NCBI GenBank assembly: GCA_951406725.2
Contig: OX597829.1
Location: 28,954,001 to 29,018,000 of the forward strand
From: Octopus vulgaris
Lineage: Eukaryota
Direction of reading: 5' to 3'
Length of the DNA stretch: 64,000 nucleotides
The notes below the pieces were generated by a model. The model saw only the letters and a program-made list of their open reading frames with translations. It was not told the origin of the DNA and ran no database searches. Positions 38,290-50,912 of the stretch are shown here, in pieces; position 1 is the first letter of the stretch; each line of letters begins with the position of its first letter. The position numbers and the translations under genes were made by a program.

Positions 38290-39379
38290 CTGGATTTGGC
38301 ATTCCAGAGAGACTTCAAACAGGTCTTCATCATTACCGACCTGCCTACCTTATTCTTGGGGAAGATATCCTCCACCACTTCTCACTCCTCATGGATGCAG
38401 CATTTGTTGGGTAGCTCAACAGATTTATTGATTCCTGGTCACAGAGCAGTTACTCCTACTGTAAGCCTGTTGTTTGTCATTGATGAAAAACGAACTTTTC
38501 ACCATAGACATTAATAGGAGAAAAGAGACTGCCTCAACTGAAAGGGTAAAACAGGCTTTTACAGACACTCTGACACCAGTGCCACATACCCACCTCACAA
38601 ACACTGTTCACCAAAATATGCTACACCTTCATATTCACTATCCTCACACATGTCCGGGGCCGAACACGCGCTACACTGGAGGTATCAGTGGGCACATCTC
38701 CCGGCCCGAGAGGGTTGGGAAACCTCTGAACCACCTCCCATGACAGGGATCAGGGCCTGGAACCAAACCCGTGAATTAGGAATTCCTGGTAGGCACAGGT
38801 CATCAGCCCACGTCGATCATGTCCTTGCCCTTTGTACACACCACCCGTCGCTACTACCGACCAAACAATCCGGTGAGATCCTTGGATCTGGCCAACAAGT
38901 CCGCTTACACATGACAGCATTTCATGCTGTTGTTGGCACATTCTCTGATGGCCCAGAGAAGACAACTGAACCCGATCACTTAGAGGAAGTAAGATCGTAA
39001 CAATTACACACATTGTCCCCACCTCCATCTACATACTACAACTCACACTGGTCCACTAAGCTGTGCAAAACTATCTATATCTGAACTGGCTGATCTAGTG
39101 CAAACTGTGAACTCGCTTTACCACATAGAATTACCTTTTATGCATGTTTTCATTTTTGCTTTGCTGTGTTACTTTGCTCCATGTTCAGCATTTTGCATGT
39201 TTTCTTTCATACATTTCTTTTTCGGCCTTACTATGAGCTTTTCTGTTCCAATTTCTTTCCGGTCCTCCATCACAGAGTGCTGACTTTTCCGACTGGTCAT
39301 CGAAAGGGGGAGTATCTGTAGCAAACCCTACCAGAGAGAAAGGGAAACAAACAAGAGTTGCATTTCTTACTTTGCTACA
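38290..39379 (+). mobile_element. Gypsy 3' remnant: integrase C-terminus, polypurine tract and very short LTR-like unit
   Basis: FTIDINRRKETASTERVKQAF. PPT AAAGGGGGAG at 39303-39312, then TGTAGCAAA...TTTGCTACA at 39317-39379. Confidence 0.7.
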
Positions 39380-39586
39380 GGATATTCTGGAATGGGGTGC
39401 AACTTCCGGCAGGAATGCGGATAAGTGGCATTACCACTGGTTGATATAAAAGCGAAGTATTGCAAAATTCTCCCTCTTCCTCTTCTTGCCTTGCCTTGCT
39501 TCTTCCTCTTGTTGCTTGCCATACATAACACCACAACATAGAACATGCCTTTCAGAAAACCCACATGCTGGCTAAATATTAAATCG

Positions 39587-40010
39587 GATGTGGCTGTGTG
39601 GTAAGAACTTTGCATCCCAACCACATGGTTCCCGTTTCAGTCCCACTGCATGGCACCTTGGGCAAGTGTCTTCTGCTGTAGCTTTGGGCTGACCACAGCC
39701 TTGTGTGTGGATTTGGTAGACGGAAACTGAAAGAAGCCCATTTTATATATATATATATATACACACATACATACACATGTATATATTTATGTGTGTCTTT
39801 GTTCCCCCTCCCCCATCATTGCTTGACAACTGATGTCGGCATATTTATGTCCCTGTAACTTAGTGGTTCGGCAAAAGAGACCAATAGAATAAGTACTAGG
39901 CTTACAAGGAATAAGTCCTGGGGTCAATTTCTATGACTAAAACCTTTTAAGGTAGTGCTCCAGCATGAGCCCAGTCAAATGATTGAAACAAGTAAAAGAA
40001 TAAAAGAATA
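39587..40010 (+). mobile_element. SINE family A (diverged subfamily)
   Basis: Matches the family consensus. Confidence 0.88.
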
Positions 40011-40839
40011 TGTACATTCAAACTGTGGCCAGCAGGACTTTCTGAATGGCATGCTTGAGAAAAAAATTCGAATATTTTTTAATAGTGTTACCTACCTGAT
40101 AATAAATCATGTTTCATGCGGTTTACATCTCAAAAATGATTGCCCATACATTTTCTATACATTGATCATGTCACATAGATTATTTACATGGGATGTCAGT
40201 CGTCACTTTCTTTCACAATTTAGTTCTCAGTTTCTATTGCAATTTAGCTTCACTCACTTGGGCAATTTACATTCTTTTTACAATGGTAAACTACATGTAA
40301 ACCCTTATTTTACCCATTCTGAAAGGCAAAGTCAACCTCAGAAACATGAAAAAAAACCAGAAGAAATTAGGCCAAGTATTTTGTCTAGCATAGTAATGAT
40401 TCTACTATCTGACTAGCTTCATGGTTTCAAGTTTTGACAAAAGGCTAGCAATTTTAGGGGGAGTGTGTTAGTCGATTACATCGACACCAGTACTCAGCTG
40501 GTACTTACTTAATAGACCCCACCCCGCCCCTGAAAGGATGAAAGGCAGAGTTGACCTTGATGGAATTTGAACTCAGAACGTAGAGACAAATGAAAAACCA
40601 CTAACCGTTTTGTCAAGGGTGTTAACAATTCTGCCAGTTTGCCGCCTTTAAAAGTGGAATAATAATGGTTTCAAATTTTGGCACAAGGCCAGCACTTTTG
40701 GAGGAAGGAGTAAATTGATTACATTGACCCCAGTGCTCAACTGGTACCTTATTTTATCGATCCCAAAAGGCAATGTCGACCTCAGTAGAATTTGAGGCTC
40801 AGAACATAAAGACAAACGAAATGCCGCTAAGCAACTTGT

Positions 40840-41464
40840 GGATCTTTACCCTTTGACTGACAGATTTAAAAAATAACTTTTTGTAACTAAGCACTTTCAA
40901 ACTTCGTATACTGGTAGAATGTGTCACATAAAACATCTTTTACTCTTGGCGTTGTTGAGAAAATTCTATATTTTGGAAGTTATTTCTTGTTAAAGTTGTC
41001 GTAATTTAGTAATTTCAACCAATCAATGACGTGTATTCAGCTGAATAAAATTACTGCTGTTGTTTATCAACAACTTCTAGCGGCACATATTTCATCTCAG
41101 TCACATTTATATGAATAAACGCGTGTACCTGAAGCATGTTTACTTCATGGCACCACCATAATCGTTCGTGCTTCATTTTTCATTTTTTTTTCCGTAACTC
41201 CATCACTAAAACCCCAACCCTAACCCTAAAACCAGTATAAATGCACGAACGATGTCATAAATAACAATGACACGTCTTTGATTGGTTGAAATTACCGAAT
41301 TACGACAACTTTAACAAGAAATAACTTCCAAAATACAGATTTTTCTCAACAACACCAAGAGTAAAAGATGTTTTATGTGACACATTCTACCAGTATACGA
41401 GGTTTGAAAGTGTTTAGTTACAAAAAATTATTTTTTAAATCTGTCGGTCAAAAGGTAAAGATCC
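40840..41464. mobile_element. MITE/foldback element with ~190-bp TIRs (GGATCTTT...AAAGATCC), related to 23459-23876
   Basis: 40840-41030 is the reverse complement of about 41272-41464. It shares AACTTCGTATACTGGTAGAATGTG and TTCAACCAATCAATGACGT with the 23.5-kb MITE. Confidence 0.92.
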
Positions 41465-43374
41465 CAAAAACATTTACAAGAACGACAGTCACAGTAAGAA
41501 CAACATTAACTGCAACATAAACAACAGTGACACCACTACAGCTAGAGCATTAACAATAACAAGCAACAACAATAGCCGCAACAACAATGTAAACAAGAGT
41601 AATGGTTACCACAATGGTAACAGTAGCGAAAACGGTAAAAACAACAGCAGGGACGAAAATAGTAACAATAACAACAACAACAACAGCAGCAGCAACAGAA
41701 ACAGAAACGAAACCAACAGCGATAGCTACAATTGTAAGGGTAAAAGATAAAGCATTTTCTCTCCTTAATTGAGGCAGTTCCCAGTAACACCGTTACATAA
41801 AGCTCCGTCCCTAGTCATACAGATTCACAGGGCCAGTTTCCTGGGTTTCTGTAGTGTATTAATAATTTCTGACATGTGAGTGGACTGGAGTAACGTGAAA
41901 CGAAATGTTTAGCTCACGAACACAATGCATTACCCAGTCCAGGAATCGAAACTACAATCTTACAATCATGAGTCCACCACCCTAACTACTAAGTCACGCG
42001 CCTCCACAGCGATAACGAGAGTAACGGCAACAGCAATGACAATAACTATTGTTTTATTTTCAAGTCGGGTTTAATCAGCACATTATGTATGTCAGAGGTT
42101 ATCTTTACCTTTCGTCTTTCTAGGGATCGATAAAAAAAGTATCAGTCCATACACAGCAACGTTTCAAAAGGAGCCAGTGAGGCGGCTAAATTACCATAGA
42201 CAATAAATTTCTTTCCGGCAGAGACACAAGCTCTGAGATATAGGGTGAAGGAGTTAGTTGATACTACCGACCCTAGAACTGGACTGGTATATTATTTTAT
42301 CGTCACCAAAATGATAAAAGACAATATTGGCTTGGGCGGAATTTGAACTAAGAACACAACTCAACTAAAAACGGCAAGGCATTTTGTCAGACGATCTCAC
42401 GATTCAGCCAAATCGAGAAGGTTTTCAACTTTTTAAAAAAATTTATGCAGCACATAGCCATGCACGATGACTCATGTGAATGCTAAATTATATTTTGTTT
42501 ATTCGAAAACATCAATAAAGAGAAAGAAGACGACGAGCTGACAGAACCGTTAGAGCGACAGTATTTCTTCTGGCTCTTAATGTTCAAAGTTCAAATCCCG
42601 CCAAGGTCAACTTTGCCATTCTTTCTCCGAAGTGGATAATATAAAGTATCAATAACATACTTAAACCGACGATATCGACTAACCCAGCCACTCAATATCG
42701 CTGGACATGTGCCTAAGGGAGGACAAAGAAAAAAAAAATCTTTCGCAAATTTTGTTAGGGGTGGATGGAGTGTGGTGACAAAATAGTGTGTCAGTTTGAG
42801 AACAGCTTATGTACTGCCATCGATGCTCTCTTTCTCTCTCTGAAAAATTAGCGCTGTGCAGGCTAGTGGGGGATGAACTCCCCTCCAAAACCACCTCTCT
42901 CTCATATTTAATAATGGTTAAGATATGCCGTATGTCACGATGGTGCGTGCACCCGCACCCCTAAAACTCGACTGGCAGAATCGTTAAGAGCGTCAGATGT
43001 ATCTTGCAAATTTTACTTAGACTATCTACGTCCAGAATTCAAATACAGCTGCACTAGACTTTGTCTTGCAATTTTTCCTTGATTGATAAAATAAATAGTG
43101 AATCATGAGTCTAAATAATGGAATCGGTTTAAAATCTTATTAAGCATTCTAGATGTAAATGCAATCAAAACAAAAACAAAAAAAAATCTGAGAAATGTAT
43201 CCTTAGACAATGTATACGAATGGTCGGCAAACTTCTTATATAACATCGACCCTTACATGGAATCATTGATAACTTACACCCCTACAATGTAAATTTCTAA
43301 AATAAAAATAAGAAACATAGTTTATTGAAAAAAATTTTGATCTAAAAGCAATAATTCCTTCATTCTTTTGTGTG

Positions 43375-43800
43375 ATTACCTTGCCACTTTTGTTCAACCA
43401 GCTCTTTGATATTGCCCATCCATTGCTTTCTGTTCCTGCTTCTTGATTTACTACTCTCCCTTCCATGATAATGTCATCGAAACTTCTGCTCCTTTGAATA
43501 TGGCCGTAATAGATGAGATTTTTGTTTGTCGTCTTTCACCTAATTTATCTGATGATTCTTGTAAGAGACTCGTAACATCCTCCTGTACACCCACATTTCA
43601 AACTCATTGATTATGTTCTCTCAACATAATCAGATTTGTTCAGAGTCAATGCTTCGCAATCATAAATGCCAATGAGCCAAATAAAAGCTCGCACTAGCCT
43701 TGTTTTTAACGTAGGCACTTTTGTTGGTTCAGATGTTAAGCTTTTCCGTGTAACCTCTTCACAGTGTCATTATCACTTTTAAGAAAGATCTAAAGAATTT
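43375..43800 (-). mobile_element. Old RTE LINE 3' coding remnant
   Basis: LKTRLVRAFIWLIGIYDCEALTL, FEMWVYRRMLRVS and YYGHIQR...IIMEGRV across frameshifts. Confidence 0.85.
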
Positions 43801-45014
43801 AAAATTCAGTTCAATAAGGCAAAAATATGTGTTTTGATGAATATCAATAGTTATATAAATATTTGGCTGGAAATTGGTGAGACAGCTGCACTCTTCTACA
43901 TTCAGTTCGCCAATAATTCAGTACCTTTAATTCTCAAATTCGTTTCACGTGTTTATCGATAGTCACACAGACCCACTATCACTATTACGGTTAATACTGA
44001 CCACTTGATATAAAGGAAAGTTTGTTAACTACCATAAAGTATTTTGCCCCATACACCACTGACTCTGCACGAGGTCACACACGCGAGGAAGGCAATAATG
44101 GATTAAAATCGATCGCGTACTTGAGAAGTATTTTATTTCATCGACAACCCTGGAAGAATAAATGGCAAAGTCAAAGCATCAGCTGGATTCGAACTCACAG
44201 TGTCACGTTGCAAAAAGGACGTTACTTCATATATATATATATGAGACTGCATCTGATAAATCGATTTCCAGGTTATTACTAGTACCCTTATGCTTATCGA
44301 CCCCGGAAGAAGGAAATACAAAGTTCGTCCCAAGCGGGATTTGAAATCAGAATATAAAGCTACGTGGGTAGAACAGCGCACTGTAGCGAGGCCTAATAAA
44401 AGCTACCCTATTTATTTTGCCACATTAACACTGGTTACAAATTACGTAGGTGTGGTACAGGAATGGCTGTCAGATAGGCAAGCAGGCAGGGAGAAAGGGT
44501 TTGGGTGGGTAAAGAGAGAGAGAGAGGTAGGTTTGTTTGGATATAGGTAAGAACAGGTAGGTTGGGATAGGGAAGTGTAGGTAAATAGAGTATATGACGG
44601 CAGGTAGATAATAAGTAAAAGAAAAGTAGGCAGATATGTATATATAGGTAGGTAGGCAGGCAGGTAGCAGAGAAGATAGAGAGAAGATAAAATATGTGAA
44701 GAAAAACAAACAAGACACACAAGTAGGTAAAATGAATAAAGATGCAGTGAATAAGATTATTATTATTATTACTTTATTGACTTCAATGTTTTGGGCCCTT
44801 GTTGGTCAATGGAAGAAATCGTCATTATTATTCCTATCGTTGTCGGTGATAATGGACAAAACGATACTCCAAAGTTGATTTTCAGCATCCATAAGCGAAG
44901 TACTATATAGATGCATTCAAAAAAGAAACATGACAACCTATGCGAGGGAAGAAGTGAGCAGCTAAAAACAAAAACAAAATAAAACTTTAAAGGATTCGTC
45001 CTTCACAAGAAACC

Positions 45015-45862
45015 ATATTTGCCTTTCTCTTCCCTTTACCCTTTCAAAATCTCTGCCGCCCTCTCCTCCACCAACGTCCACTTCTTCTCTGTCTTCTTCC
45101 TTTATTATTTTTCCTGCCTTTCCTCATCCTCTTTATCAGTATCCTTCCCCTCTTGCTCCTACGTGTTTCTTACATCTTTTATTTTCTTTCTTTCTTTTTC
45201 CTCTTTACTGTCTGTGTCTGATACTCTTTCCTTCTCCCGCCCCACCTTTTTCTTTTCTTTCACCTCTGGTCGGTCGTATGTTTATTCTTTCATTATTGCT
45301 GTTGCAGTTGTTGTTGTTGTTACCCGCCCACCGGCCATACTCCCCCACTTCCCTCTCACTATCAGTATTTCTGCCTGACAGCTGTTCCCTCCCACCTTTC
45401 CTCTTTTCTCCCGCCTCCCCTTCAACCTTTATTATTTTTTTACCTTCGTTTCCTCCCACACTCACTTACTCTCCTCTCCTTCTCTCTTTCACCCCTCCTT
45501 TCTTATTATTGACTCTCTCTCTCTATCTTACATCCTTTTTTTACTATTCTACCCTCCTCCCTCTCTCAGTTAATACTTTTATTTCACACACGCTTACGCT
45601 TGCTTTTCTCTCTCATTCTCCTTTTCTCTCTCTTCCTCTTTTACCTCTCTACCTATTTATTTCACGTTCTCTCCCATTTCTGCTTCTATCTATGTTGTCT
45701 TTCTCTCTAATAGAGACACCTCTCTCTCTCTCCCACAAACTATATCTTTTAAACTTTTTTCTATCGCCTTCCCACACTCCTCCTCTCTATCTCACTTTCT
45801 CTCCCCCCTCTCTCTCAAATACACACACACATACACCGTCTACCTCCACACATACACTCTCT
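45015..45862. repeat. Pyrimidine-rich (CT) low-complexity tract (with further tracts at 47015-47350)
   Basis: Directly visible strand-asymmetric composition. Confidence 0.9.
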
Positions 45863-46739
45863 CTAGTTAACTTTACCAATTTCGCGCAGTACCATCAAGG
45901 TGTTCCTTCTTCGAACTCTACCGTTTCACAACTCCAGCTGTTTTCTCTTCCCGTCTCATATAATTTACTTACTATGCGCAAATAAATATCACACACACAC
46001 ACAGAGGCTACGTGTAAAGAAAACCTCTACAACACACTCATATGTATACATACATATATGCATGTATGTATTTCTTTTTACCTGTGTAGAGAATGAGTAT
46101 TACTTACACAAACGGTAGATCGTTAAAATATCATCACGTGTGTGCGTGTATAAATCTAATGGTTTTCATATAGGGTGTTTAGTCAGCTACATAAAACATA
46201 CGCAGAAATCAGGGCAACAAATTATTAGCGCGCGCGCACACACACACACGCACACATATATATACCCTCAAAATTCTGGTAAACAAATATACATAGCTTT
46301 TATATACGTACACAAATATACACACTTTTGCTTGCTTCGTCATTCCACTTGTATCAAATCAAATACAGAGACACGCTCACAAACACACGAACACGTGTAT
46401 ATGTGTATTAAAATATGAATCCATGTGTGTGTATGTATGTATATATACGTATATGCAACTTATGTATAAATGTTTATATGTACGTGTGCGTATGCATGCA
46501 TATACAGCGGGCATGCTTTCACACACGCATGCACAATATATATTATGCGCTAAATTCTGCATAAAATATTGCTAAGAGTGTGTGCGTGTCTAATTTTGTG
46601 TATATTTTATATACATGTAAGTTCAAATATACGTGTGTATAATTTATAGATATGCGTGTGGATATATATATATATATATATGTAAAATTTCTTATGCTTT
46701 TCACTTTTATTTCTTTATAATTATAAATGTGTGTGTATG

Positions 46740-46780
<41 letters not shown>

Positions 46781-47213
46781 TTCTATATAGTTGCTACCCT
46801 TCCCTCGCCTCTCTCATGGTGTGCTCCAAATCAACAGGAAGCGTGCATGGTTAAATTGTGCCGTGGCTGACCCATCTATCATACCAAAATAGGCTAACAA
46901 GTTACGGAAGGCTAATAGAAACAAAATTATCACCCCCTCTACCTCTGCCGTCACTCTTTTTCTTTTTTTTTTCCACACACACACACACACACACATCTAC
47001 ATATGTCTGTATGTATATGTTTTCTCTTATTTTTCTTTCTTTCATATTCTTTTTCCTGTCTTTCTTTCATTCTCTCTTTCTCTTTCTGTCTGACCTCTCT
47101 CTCTCTCTCTCTCTCCACCTTCTCTGTCTTACTGTCTGTCTATCTCTTTCTCTCCTTCACACACACATTCTCTCTGTGTGTTTATCTTTCTGTCTCTTTC
47201 TTTTCCTCACACG

Positions 47214-47258
<45 letters not shown>

Positions 47259-48099
47259 TCTCATACAACTCACACGCGCATTCTCTCTCGCTCTCTCTCT
47301 TATCTCTATTTCTTCCTTCCATCCATCTTTTCTTTCCCCATTTCATCAGAATGTCTTTACTTTGCCTTATTTTTTTTCTTCTTGCTTTCATGTATTTCGT
47401 CTTTCGTTTTATTTTTTTTTTGTGTGCGTGTGTAAACATGTATGCGTCTGTTTGAGTGTGTGCGCGCGTGCCTAATTACGTGTATGCGTGTGTGTGTGTG
47501 TGTACATGCTTGTATGTGGTTGAAACATATTAAAACTAAACTAAACAACAAACTAGTATGGAATAATCTATTAACCTTATTCCGTAATGCAAACCTTTTT
47601 TTAGCTCTTCATCTACGTTAAGCCACCTATTTCATGAATTCTTCAAAAGCTAATGGGCTGGACAAATTGCGTTACAAGAGTTTCATGTTCTTCCTTCTTC
47701 CATTCATTCATTTCTGCCTACTATCCATTTTTTTTTTTAACTTTTTTTGTTTCTTTGCATCTTTCTCTCGTTCTTCCTTTCTCACCTCTTTATTCCTACC
47801 TTTTATTTTCAAGTTTATTTTCTTTCTTAAAGAATGCTCCGTTCATTACCAAAAAGATAAACCCAGTCTCGCAATGAACTTCGTTTATCTTAATATTTTC
47901 CGATGTAAAATCCAATTTTTTTTTTTTTACTTATTTATTTATCCGGCAATCTTTCGGTTTATGTACATGTCGGGCAAGGTGAAAAAGTTAACCAACTGTC
48001 AAACACGGTTACACGGTAAACCACACCTTTCGTTTCATAGACTCTAATGATGCAACACGATTATATATGCACACAACAAAAGAGATACGCAGTTTCATC

Positions 48100-48630
48100 A
48101 AAATATCTCACCATGCATGGAACTTTGGGTGCTGGTGTACTTAGTCTCCAAATGCAGGAATCTATGTCTCATCAGGTGGTGAAGCAGCTCTGCAGGTGTT
48201 TCAGCCTCTTCCACCACAACACTGGAACTGCCCAGGGACACCCACCGATATAGGCAACACAACTCAAGCACAGCAGCACAAACTTTGTTGAACTAGATTT
48301 TGTGACTCTGGGCCAGATGTTTCTTCCATCCACAATGTTTGTTTTAGTTGCACCATTCATCCTCTCTCTTGAGCCAAATGTAATGACTTGCTTTCTCAGT
48401 AGCTTCTGACAATTTTCTAGCAACAGCCTTTCTCTCCTTTGCAACCACTTCAAGACACTTGAGCATCAAGTGAACTCTGGTTCCAAGAAATCCCATTCAC
48501 AGAGTTTAACCAACTCATTATATTTTCTGTCTTTCTTGAGGAAAGCATCTTCAATGCTCAGTTCCCAGGGAATGGTCAGTTTTACTATCTTTATTGCCTT
48601 CCTTTCCTTGCACAGAAATCTTTCTGGAAA
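48100..48630 (-). mobile_element. 3' end of a Hero/NeSL-like RLE non-LTR retrotransposon
   Basis: IVKLTIPWELSIEDAFLKKDRKYNELVKLC (ELTxPWE...KxxKY RLE motif), then GFLGT...RKLSEATEKASHYIWLKRE* and a 3' UTR. Confidence 0.85.
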
Positions 48631-49079
48631 ATGAAGATTGTGTGGTTTACCTTATCATGGTTTTGAGGTTATTTTCCTCTCAATTTATTGTCCACCATTA
48701 TATAAACATAAATATAAAAGCTCACCATTTATTGTTGTGAAAATAGTTTGCATTTTTCATAACTTTGTCTCTTTAAACAAGGTAGTTTACTCTGTTTCAT
48801 GGAGAAACTCAAGCTTATTCTTATTGTTATTTAGCCCAAGTCAACCACAATACGGCAGAATTATGATCAAAGGTATCCCAGTCATGTCCATCCTGTTCAA
48901 TAGTCATTGTGTTCTCCAAATTACATTTTTCTTTATTGTTTTTTAACAGTGATGCATGAGGCCCTGTACAGGTTATCAGAGAAAATTCCTCACTGCATTT
49001 AGACATGACTCTTTACAGTCAAAGTTCAAATCTTACCCTGATCAACTTTGCCTTTCATCCATCTGGAGTCAATAAAATA

Positions 49080-49465
49080 AAGGCGGTGAGCTGGCACAAA
49101 CATCAGCACACCAGGTGAAATGCCTAGCGGTATTTCGTCTGCTGTTATGCTCTGAGTTCAAATTCCGCTGAGGTCAACTTTGCCTTTCATCCTTTCGAGG
49201 TCGATAAATTAAGTACCAGTTACACACTGGGGTCGATGTAATTGACTTAATCCCTTTGTCTGTCCTTGTTTGTCCCCTCTATATTTAGCCCCTTGTGCGC
49301 AATAATGAAATAAGAGTCATTAGCATGCTGGCCAGAATACTTAGTGGTATTTTGGCTGCCGTTACGTTCTGAGTTCAAATTCCGCTGAGGTCGACTTTGC
49401 CTTTCATCCTTTCGGGGTCGATTAAATAAGTACCAGTTAAGCACTGGGATCGATGTAACCAGCTT
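49080..49465 (+). mobile_element. Tandem/nested family B SINEs
   Basis: A full copy at 49080-49293 followed by a 5'-truncated copy. Confidence 0.88.
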
Positions 49466-50287
49466 CATTATTCGAAAAAAGACACATTACAAAAAAAGTA
49501 TCAGTCCAATACTGAAATCGTCATCATCATCATCAACTAACCCTCACCTCTTAAAATTGCTGGCCTTGAATCTAAACTAGAAATCATTATTGCATATGGT
49601 CCTTATTTAAGATGGAAGTTTATGATTAGTTGTGACTCACCAGTGCAGGGGTTACCAAACTGTTGCAGCAACAAGATATGTCCCAATACCAAGAAAATTT
49701 CACCAAATACAACAAATATTTAAAGACGGCTGGTGGACACACAAAAGTCAAAACACTGTTGCTATTACAACTACCTTGAAGACACTGCTCCCTCTGGATA
49801 CATTACTGATTATCAGGAGTAATTTCTCATCTCAGAACTTCAAACTGAAATTCTGGATATAAAAGTTGATAATTATATTTCCTTTATCAAATAAAGTATT
49901 TCTCAATAACAAAATAATGAAGATGGAGTAGTACATCTTACAATGTAAAAATGGAAAACTTTAGTGCATTGGAAGAAGTTCTCATTCTCTTCATTAATTT
50001 ATTCTACTTCTTTATCACAAAACAAACTACAACACTTTTCTTCCCAAGTACTCAATAATTTCCTTTAAGAACATTGGACAAAATGCTTTCAATGATTACT
50101 TGTTCTGGTTTTTTTATGTTCTAAGTTTGGATCCTGCCAAGACCAATTTTGCCTTTCATCGTAGCAGGGAACATTAAAATAAAGGACCAGCCAAGTACAA
50201 GAATTCATGTAATCAAATGTTTCCCTCACTTGCAATTTCAGGTCTTGTGCCAATGTTAAAAGCAATATATATATATATATATATATA

Positions 50288-50445
50288 CTTTATTTTAAGC
50301 AGCAGAAAATTCAACAAAATCTGTTACTCTGAGTTTCTCGTTGCCGTTCATCAGACAGTTTTTGCTAGAAAAAACTGTCTGATGAACGGCAACGAGAAAC
50401 TCAGAGTAACAGATTTTGTTGAATTTTCTGCTGCTTAAAATAAAG
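50288..50445. repeat. Perfect inverted repeat, 76-bp arms, 6-bp spacer (inverted Penelope pLTR-like unit)
   Basis: 50288-50363 is the exact reverse complement of 50370-50445, with spacer GCTAGA. Confidence 0.97.
50375..50412 (+). ncRNA. Minimal type I hammerhead ribozyme (mirror copy on - strand at 50321-50358)
   Basis: CTGT-CTGATGA-A-CG-GCAA-CG-A-GAAA-CTC-A-GAG-TA-ACAG. Both core motifs are intact, with a GUA triplet and stem I CTGT/ACAG. Confidence 0.8.
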
Positions 50446-50771
50446 CATATTACTCTACCACTGGTATTTGAGTACTCTTTTTTCCACCTTGTTTCACATT
50501 TATGTGTTTACTCCGGTATATATATATATATATATATACAAGATAAGAAAATGGAGAAATACATCTAAATCAAATATCAATTACCAGATAATACTCAATC
50601 GCATACTTTATTAAACCACCACTTAAGAGACTGTAGGGTTAGATATAAAAAGCAGAACAAATCAGTGTACATAAAGGTATGTACATAAAAAAGTGTACAT
50701 AAAAAAGTAATGTTGTATAATAAGTAGAATATATATAAAAGAGAATATAAATATAAGTAAATATAAGTATA

Positions 50772-50912
50772 GATTACATCTTACAGCTGTTTCGGCCATG
50801 TAGATAAGTATGTCTCATTTTACCAATATTAGCCCTTTATGGTAGGTCAATATATAGATATAAATGAGACATTTACAAAAATATCATAAGGCCTCTTCGG
50901 AGATTATGTAAT
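50772..50912 (-). ncRNA. Penelope-type hammerhead motif with ~90-nt loop 2
   Basis: Minus strand reads ATCT-CCGAAGA-GGCC...GGCC-GAAACAGCTGTA-AGAT. The core has C instead of U at position 4. Confidence 0.65.

Noticed and set aside
45019-47475. 235-aa and 205-aa Leu/Ser/Phe-rich ORFs resembling membrane proteins
   Set aside because: They arise from CT-rich low-complexity DNA that lacks stop codons, and show no domain motifs.
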